From NCBI GenBank assembly GCA_000934665.2, contig KZ539003.1, positions 1 through 36,863 of the forward strand: 36,863 bases of DNA, given 5' to 3'. This DNA is from Catajapyx aquilonaris (lineage: Eukaryota). A program made the position numbers and the translations under genes. The notes under the pieces were generated by a model. The model made no database searches, was not told where the DNA came from, and saw only the letters and a list, made by a program, of their open reading frames with translations. Positions within the stretch are counted from its first letter, which is position 1. Each line of letters starts with the position of its first letter. Below, piece after piece: positions 11,102-21,805 of the stretch.

Positions 11102-11941
11102 CAGGGAGCATATACTACATAAGAGGCGCAACCATTCGATTTTTGCGTCTCTCTGTTTATAGGGCGTTGCCAAGGCTGGCGGCCATCTTGAAGTGTGGTG
11201 CGCCAATGAGGTATAAATAGGGTACAGGCAGGCCGTCAAGGTCCGCGGGGTCCGCCATCTTTGATGGTTTTGGCTGCCATGGCAATACACGGTAATAACA
11301 ATTTACTTACCCATTCCAATATCGAATTAAAATTCGCGCGTGTTCTTGCCGTGTAGTTGCCATGGCAGCCAAAACCATCAAAGATGGCGGACCCTATTTT
11401 TGCCTGTACCCTATTTATACCTCGTTGCTGATGTACCACACACTTCAAAATGGCCGCCAGCCTAGGCAACACCCTATAAACAGACAGACGCGAACATCAA
11501 AGGCGCCGACAGAAGTTTGCGCCTCTTATGTTATACAGGGTGGTCCAACTTTATTGTCCGAACAGCTATTGACAAATTCGGCCTAAGCTGCTTATGTTGT
11601 AGTGCGTTACCTGGCAACCCCGTCCGGCGGGCCAATTCAAACATCAGCCCATGGAGACTGCTTCCATTGTTGCCACTGTTTACTAATTGAGTGAGTGACG
11701 CGGATGACCCAGCGACGGATCTCTTCTGCCTGCGCACTCACTCATTCGATTTGTAAACAGTGGCAACAATGGAAGCGCTATCCATGGGCTGATGTTTGAA
11801 TTGGCCCGCCGGACAGGGTTGCCAGGTTAACGCACTACAACATAAGCAGCTTAGGCCGAATTTGTCAATAGCTGCGTGATAGCTGTTCGGACAAAAAAGT
11901 TGGACCACCCTGTATATATGTTATATTATGTATATGCTCCC
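11102..11941. mobile_element. Palindromic non-autonomous element (GGGAGCATATA ends) inserted in the mariner ORF
   Basis: CAGGGAGCATATACTACATAAGAGGCGCAA ... TTGCGCCTCTTATG..[MITE]..TATATGCTCCC. AAGTGTGGG is repeated on both flanks. Internal palindrome 11115-11530. Confidence 0.7.
11536..11912. mobile_element. Palindromic CAGGGTG MITE (TA TSD)
   Basis: TA|CAGGGTGGTCCAACTTTATTGTCCGAACAGCTAT ... ATAGCTGTTCGGACAAAAAAGTTGGACCACCCTG|TA. Arms ~160 bp. Confidence 0.88.
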
Positions 11942-13002
11942 AAGTGTGGGTTTCAGGTGCTTTCACACCCACCACACTTCCCCAACCTGGCCCCTAGTGA
12001 CTTTCACCTGCTTGGAGCCATGAAAAATCCCTTTCACTTATGAAATTTCATGGGCATTGTTGAACTGCAAGTGGTTATCTGGCAGTAGGTGCGCCGCACC
12101 TTCTAGGCGTGGTTCCTGGAGGACCTGGAGAGGCTGTCACACCTGTGGTGCCACTGCATTCGTCAGAAGGAGGATTCTATCAATAACAGGGCTGCAATAC
12201 TAAACTAAATGAAAGATCAGTTTCGTTCCGACGGAAACGAAACCAAACATGTTAGCTATACCATTTCGGTTCGGAAACGAAACTATATGATCCGGACCAC
12301 GTTCTGTTTCGTTACGGAAACTAAACGATTCTTAGGAACTAAACTGGCTGTTGGAAACGAATCTCCTTCTTGTCCTGTTTTCGTTACGTTCCGCCGGATA
12401 AAGCTAATCGTTTCGGGAACCAAACATATCGGAACCTGGGTAAGCGGTTTCGTTTCGGGTACTGAAACCGGTGCTTTGCCGCCTACGTGGAGGCAGCGCA
12501 CTGGTATGTTGTGTTGTCAGTTTGCCACATCTGAGTTTTGAGGAATCCTGGCCAAGAGTACAGGCCATACTGGATGACGGTTGGCAGTACGGAATATTAT
12601 CATTAGCGATGTCATGCGTGCGATGGGCTCCTCGGTCTTATTTGACTACCTCCATCCTGCTGGTGACGAGACTAGGCTGCATCGAAAGATTATTTCAAGA
12701 TGAGTTACAGCCAAGGGAAGAGGTATATATATGGACAACCCCCATTAGACTTCATCAGAAAGTATTTTGCGTTCGATTCCCACACCAATAAGTCCACTTG
12801 CTGCATTGCCAACTGCGGCACTTTTATCTTCGTGGAACACCCGGTTAATCAGTTTCAGACAGGTTTATAGCCTACTTTGTTTCAGGAATCCTTGATTACG
12901 ATTAACACAAATAAGCACATAAGACACTGACATGATGAGCACATTCATTCATATACAAACAACGAGCCCGCATGTACAATGAGAATCAGCACAAACCTGA
13001 AA

Positions 13003-13525
13003 CCATGGAGGTAGGAATACTATATGGGATGAGGTGGTGTCCCCTATCCCCACCATCCATATGAAAAATCGTCCTAGGGGGCGTGGCTTAATCTGGAACG
13101 GTGGCCATCTTACCATGGACCAGAAAGTAGCTGGGGGAGCCTACTTAGGTGTCAAGTTCGTGACGTCACACCACCTCCGTAGTTTCCTACCTCCATGCAG
13201 TGGCGGATTGGGGGGGTGGGGGGGGGACGGGCAAAGATGAGAAAATTAGAGGCCTCTGGCCTATTCACTGTTCCTTGGGCACAGGGGCACATCCCCCCCC
13301 CCCCAGAACTCCCCCAGAGGAAGAAAAAGGGNNNNNNNNNNNNNNNNNNNNNNNNNNNNNNNNNNNNNNNNNNNNNNNNNNNNNNNNNNNNCCCCCCCCC
13401 CGAGAGAAATTTTTGCATGCACCACTAACAGCGACAAATGTGGGCCCAAAGACACCTGTCTGCACAGGTCTCTATAAGCGCCCCCACCCCCGAAAAAATT
13501 TCTCGATCCGCCACTGCCTCCATGG
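13003..13525. mobile_element. Small TIR element (CCATGGAGGTAGGAA ends), right TIR interrupted by a hAT MITE
   Basis: CCATGGAGGTAGGAATACTA..GAGGTGGTGT vs ACACCACCTCCGTAGTTTCCTACCTCCATG(G). GCACAAACCTG occurs near both flanks but is not a clean TSD. Confidence 0.6.
13198..13516. mobile_element. hAT MITE (CAGTGGCGGAT family, related to 4526-4791)
   Basis: CAGTGGCGGAT/ATCCGCCACTG TIRs, 8-bp TSD CCTCCATG (13190-13197, 13517-13524). Contains a 60-N gap at 13332-13391. Confidence 0.88.
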
Positions 13526-14340
13526 CACAAACCTGTCCGAACTCCGAACAGTGAAGCCCGTGACACGTTAGGACAACGAAAATAAATAACATGGCGAGAA
13601 CACGAGCATGAGTCGCAAGTCGGCCTCCTTCACCACGGGGAGCCAACACCGCAGGTACCGGTACGTCCCAACGCGGCCGCAATGGAACGACACGCTGGTT
13701 ACAGCTACATCATAGCTCATGTCACAGGAAACGAAACCAAATCGGTTCGGTTACCTAAATCACTTTCGATTCCCGAATTGTTTCGTTCCGAGAACCCGAA
13801 GTTTTGTTTCCTTGACTTTCGTTTCCAGCATTTTGTTCCTGCATTTAGTTTCGGTTCCAGAATCGTTTCTGTGAACAGAAACGCAGGACATACGGTTCTT
13901 TCAGTTTAGTTTAGTTTCCTTTTGCAGCCCTGATCAATAATGCGTGCCTATCTGCCAACCTGTAATGGCCCTGCATTCGTGGCAAAAATAAATAAATTAT
14001 AAATCAATATGGTAGCCTACGTCTCTCGTATAACTTCGGCTTTGATATAATTTTGTGAAATCTTCATATTATGTTTTTCATAAAATTGTTTGAGGGATTC
14101 AGCCACACCTTTCATTTTGAAAATTGACTTGGTCCGGCACATATGGAATGGTTATCCTTAGAATATTGCCGTTACAATGGGCAAAAATTATTGTCAACAA
14201 TATAAAAATTGAAGACGTGTGACATGAGTCTTATAATAACCCTGAAGCCAAAATCTGTAGAATTTCCCTCTTTGCTACTTGACACTTCTGCTTGCTGTCA
14301 TCCATCTACTACTGATCACCCCATATGCTGACCAACATAC

Positions 14341-14530
14341 CTCCAGTGAATTGTCTCACTGGCTGGACAAGTAGCTGAGCCCGAAGCTAGTAGTGTTGTC
14401 TCCCTCCCCCTGCCTTCCTTTGGATGTTTAGCGGTGTTATAGTCAGGACCCGGGGCGTTATCTTCCAAAAGAGGACGACGTACACACCTTTGTTCTACTA
14501 GGCGCCGCCATCTTGCGTCATCGACACTGT
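14341..14530 (-). promoter_or_regulatory. Putative first exon / transcription start region of the BTB gene
   Basis: GC-rich non-repetitive patch next to an AT-rich tract. The minus strand reads TGACGCAAGATGGCGGCG (YY1/Pho-like AAGATGGCGG). Candidate donors AAG|GTGTGT (~14487) and GAG|GTATGT (14341/14340). Inference only. Confidence 0.35.
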
Positions 14531-16644
14531 TGCCAATTTAGAACATACGGTGCCGTATTAGTCAAATAAAATAGGCTTAATTATACATTATTTTATTATT
14601 TACTATTATGATTTTATTTAACATAAGTTAATTAAATGCTAGTCATCGGATAAGAAAACATTGGGATATTGATAATATTTGTCGATATCGGTCGCAATCG
14701 ACATGAAGCGCCTCTAGCGTGCCTCTAGTGCTAGCATATCTATGCGGGGGAAATATGAACTTAACACCGGTCTCGAACATTTTTGTTGTCGCAGGACCCT
14801 TCATTCTCCGTTAAACTTTGGTTAAACACTGCCAAAAATTTCGTGCCAACTTTAAAGTAGCATATTAGCCGTATTAACTCCCTGGAAAGGTGAGATTAGA
14901 CCTCCCCCTGCCCCTCGACTGCCTTCCAGGAGTAAGCTGAAAAACTCAGTGGAAATCTCACTACAATTTTGTCTCAATTTCGGAAAATTGTATGTTTTTG
15001 AAGGTCAGGCGAGACGGGCGAGACTGTCAGAATTTGAAAAAACTGTAACGGAAATTATTATTGGTTATTGAAAATTATGCACCTGGAGTTGAAAACCTGT
15101 TTTTACTATTTTTGGTAAAGTCTGGGAATGACTAAATGCATCGATTCGACATAAGCGCTTGCGGTAGAAGTAGAATTTTGAGTACTATACACAAATACAC
15201 AACATATTACTGCATATACGTATATGGGAGAAACAAAATTATGGCAAGAGAAACGAGCAGAAGAAATTATAGTTTTTCCAAGTAGTTGCTAGACTAGATT
15301 TTTAGTTTAATAAAAAATCAAAAAATAGGGCCTCCATGAAATGCAGATTGTCAGCGCCACAAAAGTATTTATGGGAAGACACGTGGATTATACTGTTACT
15401 GAAAATTATTCGATTGTGAACGTCAACAGAAACGGGTTATTTCCAGACATTTTCGTACACTGCAGTAGATACGATTAAAAATAAGTTATAATAATATTTT
15501 TTAAACTGGCACAGCGGGATGTACATTATGGCTGATAAAGAGCAGTAAAATATACTGTGTGTATAGCAATGTTACCGATCAACTTCTAGAGTGTACACCT
15601 AGTCACCAATTGAACACTTCACGTAAATGTGTCATTTGGTCTCCGCAGTCTAGATACCGAGATAATTCGCATGAAACACAGAGCGCATTATGCCATCATT
15701 TATGGCGCGGACACAGCCCGTGGCACTTCTGTTGCCTCGGCAACTACATGTAAAACCTGAGGAGTTCGTTGATTAATTTCGAGTGCACAGCAATAATACT
15801 GTAAGATTTTAATCAAAAGGACAAAGTCGCACAGACGCGACTCATACCTGCCATGATTTTTTTTTCTCGTTCCCTGAAACGAAGCTGAAGAAACCAAATG
15901 ATCCTGTAGTCTGCAGGAGTTAGCCCTAGTTTATTGTCACTGTTTGGAACAATAATACATATTATATCGATTTTGTTACCCAAAGGCCAAGCAATATTCA
16001 TGACAAAAACATGAGATGCATGTTAACACCCACATTGCTGCAGCAAACAAATCTTAAAAGGTTAAAGAGACAAGGAGTACAGGATTTGCCAATGTAAATG
16101 GTCAGCGAGTATAGCCTAAAATAAGGAAATCAAATACCATAAACGCTGGGTCTCCATACATTAATTCCACATCTTTAAAATGAAGGCATTGAATGCAATC
16201 TCAGAAAATAATGATATCACACCATTTTTAGGCTTTAGATTGCAAGTTCTAAATCACATTCGTGTTTCTGGGTTGTCCCCATAAATCAAGCAGAAACTGG
16301 TTTGGTTTTATGAGATAGTGGTGAAAATCTTCACTTTTATCCTACCTCAGTTACATAAGATAAAGTGGTGGTGGGGAGGGGTGGTATTTTTACTCTTATA
16401 TCTTGACCAAGCTGTCTGTTTTTTTTTACAGTAGCCTATACTGATATATTGCGCAGCTCATCATTACAAAATGACCTCAATAAAGGTTAACAGGTATAAG
16501 ATGATAACATGATAATTCAAGTGTCTTTTTGTCTCGAGAAAAATATCAACTAATCTGATCACTGATACAGAAGTATAAGCTGTGGTAATCATCAATCATG
16601 TAGGTAAGAAGGATAACATTATGACATCTGTCAGCCACTGATAT

Positions 16645-16653
16645 TATATAAAA
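16645..16653 (+). promoter_or_regulatory. TATA box of LPMO paralog 1
   Basis: TATATAAAA ~55 nt upstream of the ATG at 16703. Confidence 0.55.
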
Positions 16654-16702
16654 CTGTTCACAAAACATTCCAAGCTTGATCGAAGCTACCCCCGACTACA
16701 CA

Positions 16703-17555
16703 ATGTCTGCTCTAAAATTTCTCCTTCCTTGTGCCCTCCTGATAGTAGGAGCCCTAGGCCATGGGAGAATGATGTTTCCACCTGCAAGAAATTCCATGTG
16801 GCGATTGGGATTCGACACACCTGTTAACTATGATGACTGCGGACTAAATTGTGGTGGTATTGACGTAAGTCTCCCTATACTATTGCAATTTAAGCATACC
16901 GTATAAGCATACTGTTCTGTTCAAAGGTTCAATGGAAACAAAATGACGGCAAATGTGGTGAATGTGGAGACGCTTATAACCTGCCTCGACCACGAGAAAA
17001 TGAAGACGGAGGAAAGTATGGAACTGGACTTATTGGCAACAAATACACCAAGGGCTCCGTGCTGGTGGCTGCCATTGACATTATCAGAAACCACAAAGGT
17101 TGGTTCGAATTCCGCATTTGCCCCAACAATGACGTAAAGAAGCCAGTCGAGCAGTCTTGTCTGGACCAGCATATTCTCCCAATTGTTGGCGCAACTGACT
17201 CTCCAACTCGCTTTCATCTGGAGGCACCATTCCCTGATGACCACTGGTACAATATCAGCCTTCAGCTTCCACCCGATCTCACCTGCACTCAGTGTGTCTT
17301 CCAGTGGTACTACAGAGCAGGTAACGTACTTGTTCCAAATGTTGAGTTTTTACACCATTGCATTGCTGTCACATACTCACTGGTCAATGGTGTTATGGTA
17401 ATGAGTGCATTTTATACCTTATTGCACATGTTAATATTGGTTCTTTAATTTTCTCTTCAGGCAACAATTGGGGTATCTGTCCCAATGGCACCGGCGCATT
17501 AGGTTGTGGACCACAGGAATCCATTGTCAATTGTGCCGACATTGGCATCTATTAA
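16703..17555 (+). CDS. Secreted AA15-type lytic polysaccharide monooxygenase (LPMO/chitin-binding type-4 fold), paralog 1, 216 aa
   Basis: Exons 16703-16864, 16927-17320, 17461-17555 (all GT-AG; 651 nt). Signal peptide MSALKFLLPCALLIVGALG, then His1 HGRMMFPPARNSMWRLGF; GKCGECGD; RNHKGWFEFRIC; CTQCVFQWYY; NNWGICPNG..GCGPQESIVNCADI. AATAAA at 17572. Confidence 0.93.
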
Positions 17556-18456
17556 GTCCAACTGTCTTGCTAATAAATACCGCAAAACTTGTAAATGTGT
17601 CACATAGCTAATGTTACTAAAATACTGCAAGCCTGCAGTTGCTGTTTTTCAGCAGGTGATAGTTCTGTTGTTGTACACAGCCTTGGAAACACGTAATCGA
17701 TCCGAATGGCTTGTGATATACACAAATGTTGCTCTCTGTAGGCCTTTCTCGATACTAATAAAATATTATGTCAATAAGATTTGAGGTCTTTATTTACATT
17801 GAGGTCTAATGTGAAGGGTTACATAATTATAACAAATTCCATTGAAGACAAATAAAGTTCAAGATGAAGATTAGTACAAGATGTAGGCTATATGTGATAA
17901 CGACATATTGTAATGTACTCTACACGAACGTATAATAAAAATTACACAGGTGCAGCACTAATTGGTGAATATAAGTTAATACTAAATTAACTGCACTCAG
18001 CATTGTAAATTATTTTCTGGTTGACTCTCCTGACGGGCATTGTAGTGATGCAAGAAAACTTCATTATTGAAGAGACCGAAGTGTTTTTGTGAAGTCACAC
18101 GGACATTTTCGAACTGAAAGTATACAAAGAGAATGAGCATGTAATCTTGATGCACTGAAATTCTTTACGCTTATAATGTTTGCTTTGTAATGCGCATACC
18201 AATCGAACACTGGTGTATTTGCATCTGGAAAAAAGAGCCGTACCTTATGAGAGTGCAGCAATCAACATGCACTCTAACAATAATTGAATCAGCTCGCCAT
18301 AAAATTTATTTATTCATACTTATATTAGCATTTATCGTTTTTATTTGTTACCTTTTACCTCTTTGCAGGAACTTTAAATCATTATACATTGCCCAAGTCA
18401 CCAGTTCTAAAGATGGATAGGGAGACAAGTTATACGGATTGTTTACCCCAGTAACC

Positions 18457-19365
18457 AGGGCCGGAGAGAGGTCTAGCCGGGCCCCAGGGACGACAAAGAT
18501 TCGGGTCCCCTTCGCTCGAATACAGACAGTGACACTTTCAAATTTTCGTTCGAAATATTGCTGTCCGCAAGAAAAAGGCATTGGGATTTTGAGGCACGAA
18601 AAAACCCAGAAATGAGCACGAAAAACCCATCAAATAGGCACTTAAATAGGCACGAAAAAACCTCAAATAGGCACCAAAAATTTTACTGGATGATAATATT
18701 ACAGAAAATAAAAAAGCTGGAACAATTTTATAGGCATTAAGTGTAAATATAAGGTCACAAACCAGAGAAAAACCCGAACAACAACAATAAACTGACAGGA
18801 AATTGCAAAACTTAGGCGAAAGACACAAAGTGCAAGCAAGTATGACTTGCGCTGGCTCTACCTCTTGTAGCCAGTTTCCACTTGCACAATATGTTGCCAA
18901 ATATTTTTCTGAATTTTCCTCTGTTCGGAACAATCAGAGGAAAACTTATTTGGCATACACGTCACAGCAACATGATTCGTAATATTACTTCTGAACAGTT
19001 TTTGTCCTTTCAGGAGCACAAAAAATACTCCGCAAAAAAACCAAACATGCATAATATGAATAAATAGGCCCAAAAAGTCCCGAAATTTGGAATTTAAAAA
19101 AAAGTCCCGTAATTGCTTCCAAAAGTTCAAAAACTATCATAAAAAAGGCCAAATAGGTATGAAAAGTCACAAAAAGCCAGAATATGCAAAATTGTACAAA
19201 ATAGTTCCCAAAACCACGAAATTGGCCATTTTAAAACGATAAAACCTACATTTTCCACATCCTGCACTTATGAAATGAATAGATCTCTACACAAAACCAT
19301 CACAACTGTTAAGGAACTAAATAGGCATTTGCCTAAAAATTCGGACATTAGCTAATAATAATCAG
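18457..19365. repeat. Degenerate transposon-derived sequence with AAATAGGC repeats
   Basis: CAGGGCCGG hAT-like start at 18457. A-rich tract with repeated AAATAGGCA(C) ending AAATAGGCATTTGCCTAAAAATTCGG. No matching second TIR found. Confidence 0.35.
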
Positions 19366-19482
19366 TAATAGGCTGTATTATTTATTGTCACCGCAAATAC
19401 TATACAGGGTGTATATTACAGCAGATGGCTATAGGCAGCGATAAGCCGGTAACTTTTGAAAAATTTGTAGTACCGGTATGTA

Positions 19483-19963
19483 CAGTAAAACTTCTATAAG
19501 CCAAATCTCCATGGGACCTGAAAAAACCTCGAGTTATAGAATATTCGAGTTAGAGAATTATGGATATTCTAAAGCACATAACTCAATAAGGAAGCCCATA
19601 TATACCTTTATATCCAGCGACGAAAGGTGTTCAAAACTTAAAAATAACTGTCACTATCACACTTACAATGTTCCTCGTTGCTTTGTTGTTAAAAAAAACT
19701 CCGTTATGGGCATTTGCCTACTCTTAGATTCAAGGATTCAATAGTCCCAATCGAGTCAAACACTTAACTTTCGGTGCGTCTGGTAGACGGAGATCAGGAA
19801 ATCGAGCCTTTCTGTACACGTGGCCTACTCTCGACCCTTCGGTTGGGAAATGAGAAAATTTTCCGTACTCGCCAACATGAACTTCGACTTAGGGAGACTG
19901 AAAATGCATTGATATCCCATCGTAAGGCCCTGCCTGCACTTCCAGTTATGGAGAACTTCGAGT

Positions 19964-20046
<83 letters not shown>

Positions 20047-20459
20047 TCATACCCCGTTATCAGCCTATCGGCTCTTTAGGGGGGAAGTTTTTGTTTTGCC
20101 TCGTGGAACTCTTTGCTTTCGTTTTACTGTGCTCTTTGGGATAGGATAGGGACGGAAGGAAGCGGCTGTGGCCTATTACTTACGGAAACAACTCCGGATT
20201 TTTCCTGGAAGGACCGTGGGAAACCACAGAAAACCACGGTCAGAGTTGCCGGCCCCGGGACTTGATCCCAGGACCTCCCGATTAGCAGTAGGACACCATA
20301 TCCCCTCCTCCAAACTGTTTCGGTACTTCGAGTTATAGAAATACGAGTTAGGGAAGTTTATTTCCTATTATTTTACATTGTGACCAACCAAGCTCATCAT
20401 TTTCGTCTACTTATAAAGAAGTTCGACTTAGGGAAGTTCGACTTATAGAAGTTTTACTG
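19483..20459. mobile_element. pogo/Tigger-type MITE containing a SINE
   Basis: TA|CAGTAAAACTTCTATAAG ... CTTATAGAAGTTTTACTG|TA, with repeated TTCGA(G/C)TTA motifs. Confidence 0.85.
19968..20324 (-). mobile_element. tRNA-derived SINE family A with (TTA)n tail
   Basis: Reverse complement of 20666-20959. Long (TAA)n at 19968-20045. Flanking duplication ACTTCGAGTTATA (19955-19967, 20325-20337). Confidence 0.85.
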
Positions 20460-20665
20460 TATAGCCGAAATTACGGAAAATTGGTCCAGGATGGCAAAAA
20501 TGTTGAAATGCAGCACATGAAATACTTCAGTGACTTGATCTTCTCATGATTCCTGTATGCACTGATGCACATACGACATACCCATGGGCACTACTGGGTT
20601 AACTCAACTTTTCTGGCCTTCCTCTGGGCGAATTCGTCAATGATGTCGTCGAAATTCAATTTTCG

Positions 20666-20959
20666 ACCGAAGCAGTTTGGAGGAGGGGATATGGTGTCCG
20701 ACTGCTAATCGGGAGGTCCTGGGATCAAATGCAGGGGCCGGCAACTCTGACCGTGGTTTTATGTGGTTTCCCACCGTCCTTCCAGGAAAATTCCGGAGTT
20801 GCTTCCGTAATTAATAGGCCACAGCCGCTTCCTTCCGTCCCTATCCTATCCCAAAGAGCACAGTAAAATGAAAAGCAAAGAGTTCCAGGCAAAACAAACT
20901 TCCCCCCTAAATAGCCGATGGCTGATAACGGGGTATGAATTATTATTATTATTATTATT
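20666..20959 (+). mobile_element. tRNA-derived SINE family A with (TTA)n tail
   Basis: 14-bp TSD AAATTCAATTTTCG (20652-20665, 20960-20973). Degenerate tRNA-like head, body GTGGTTTCCCAC..TCCAGGAAAA..AGGCCACAGCCGCTTCCTTCC, tail ...TAACGGGGTATGA(ATT)n. Confidence 0.88.
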
Positions 20960-21805
20960 AAATTCAATTTTCGGGCAAGAGTGGCATTAAGGCATAACAT
21001 TCCCAAGGAATTCAGTCACTGCTGCCCCATTGACGATCGTGTCTCTCTTTTTATTCTGGCTATAGCACTGAAGGATCGTTCGGCGCCGGAAACTGACATT
21101 GGGAGGGTACAGAATATAGGAAATTCGTCTTTTATTAATATTACCCACTTCCTCACATCCCCTTGAACTGGTGTATTAAACTGTATTATGCATAATAATT
21201 ATGAGAGTAAGTTCTAACTTATAAGAAATCACACGTAGGATACGAACTACAATTATTTTTACTGTAACTGTAAACAACTGGAAGAGAAACAAAGCCATAA
21301 ATTGGCTTTAGATGTTAGAATAAAATTGGCATTAGCGAAATTTGCCATAAGTAAAAGGACCCGAATATACTTGGAGCATATACTGAGTATCATTTATTGT
21401 TGAGCTGGTCATTTACTGCACGTCTATAAGACATCGATATATTATTTTTTTGTAAAATACAGAGAGCTTGAAAAATATGACACCAGCGTGATAGCACGGG
21501 TAGAACGTGCTATTCTGGATCGACAAGTCATATCTTGGGGCATCCTATCGCTTTTTCTGGTTACTTTGACCTGCAAGCGGCCTTTTTTAGCAAATGATAT
21601 CAGCTTTTGGTTGTATAACCGGTACCTGCGGACCAATCCAGTTTTCTGTATAGACTTATCTAAAATATTCGTCCAGCGTGCGGTAGCATAATATTAAGCA
21701 AGACAGAAGACACGACATTAAGAGTTAAATATGGCCAATAACTCGCTAATTGTCCGTTTGAAGCATTAAAATTTCTCCTGATCTCAACTTAATCAATCAA
21801 CTATA

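Larger units (their letters stand above)
12187..13932. mobile_element. Non-autonomous hAT element with GAAAC(G/C) subterminal repeats
   Basis: CAGGGCTGCAA ... TTGCAGCCCTG, 8-bp TSD ATCAATAA (12179-12186, 13933-13940). Dense GAAACG/CGTTTC motifs in both subterminal regions. Confidence 0.88.
10661..14028 (+). mobile_element. Decayed mariner element hosting nested insertions
   Basis: Transposase remnants: ~10945-11100 LEPGTTISS...GVLLHHD...AIAKCG, and ~11942-12030 KCGFQVLSHPPHFPNLAPSDFHLLGAMK (mariner HPPYSPDLAPSD motif). Ends TA|TCAGGGCTGTACCATA and TATGGTA...CTCTCG|TA. Confidence 0.75.

Noticed and set aside
12209..12470. Regularly recurring GAAAC motifs as a CRISPR-like array
   Set aside because: The motifs are 5-7 bp, occur in both orientations and are irregularly spaced; they are subterminal repeats of a hAT element with a TSD.
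13332..13391. 60-N run
   Set aside because: Assembly gap between G and C homopolymers in a MITE; not biological.
19774..20079. Poly-Asn and poly-Leu ORFs (also 28484-28696, 35197-35631)
   Set aside because: They are translations of (TAA/TTA)n microsatellites and SINE tails.
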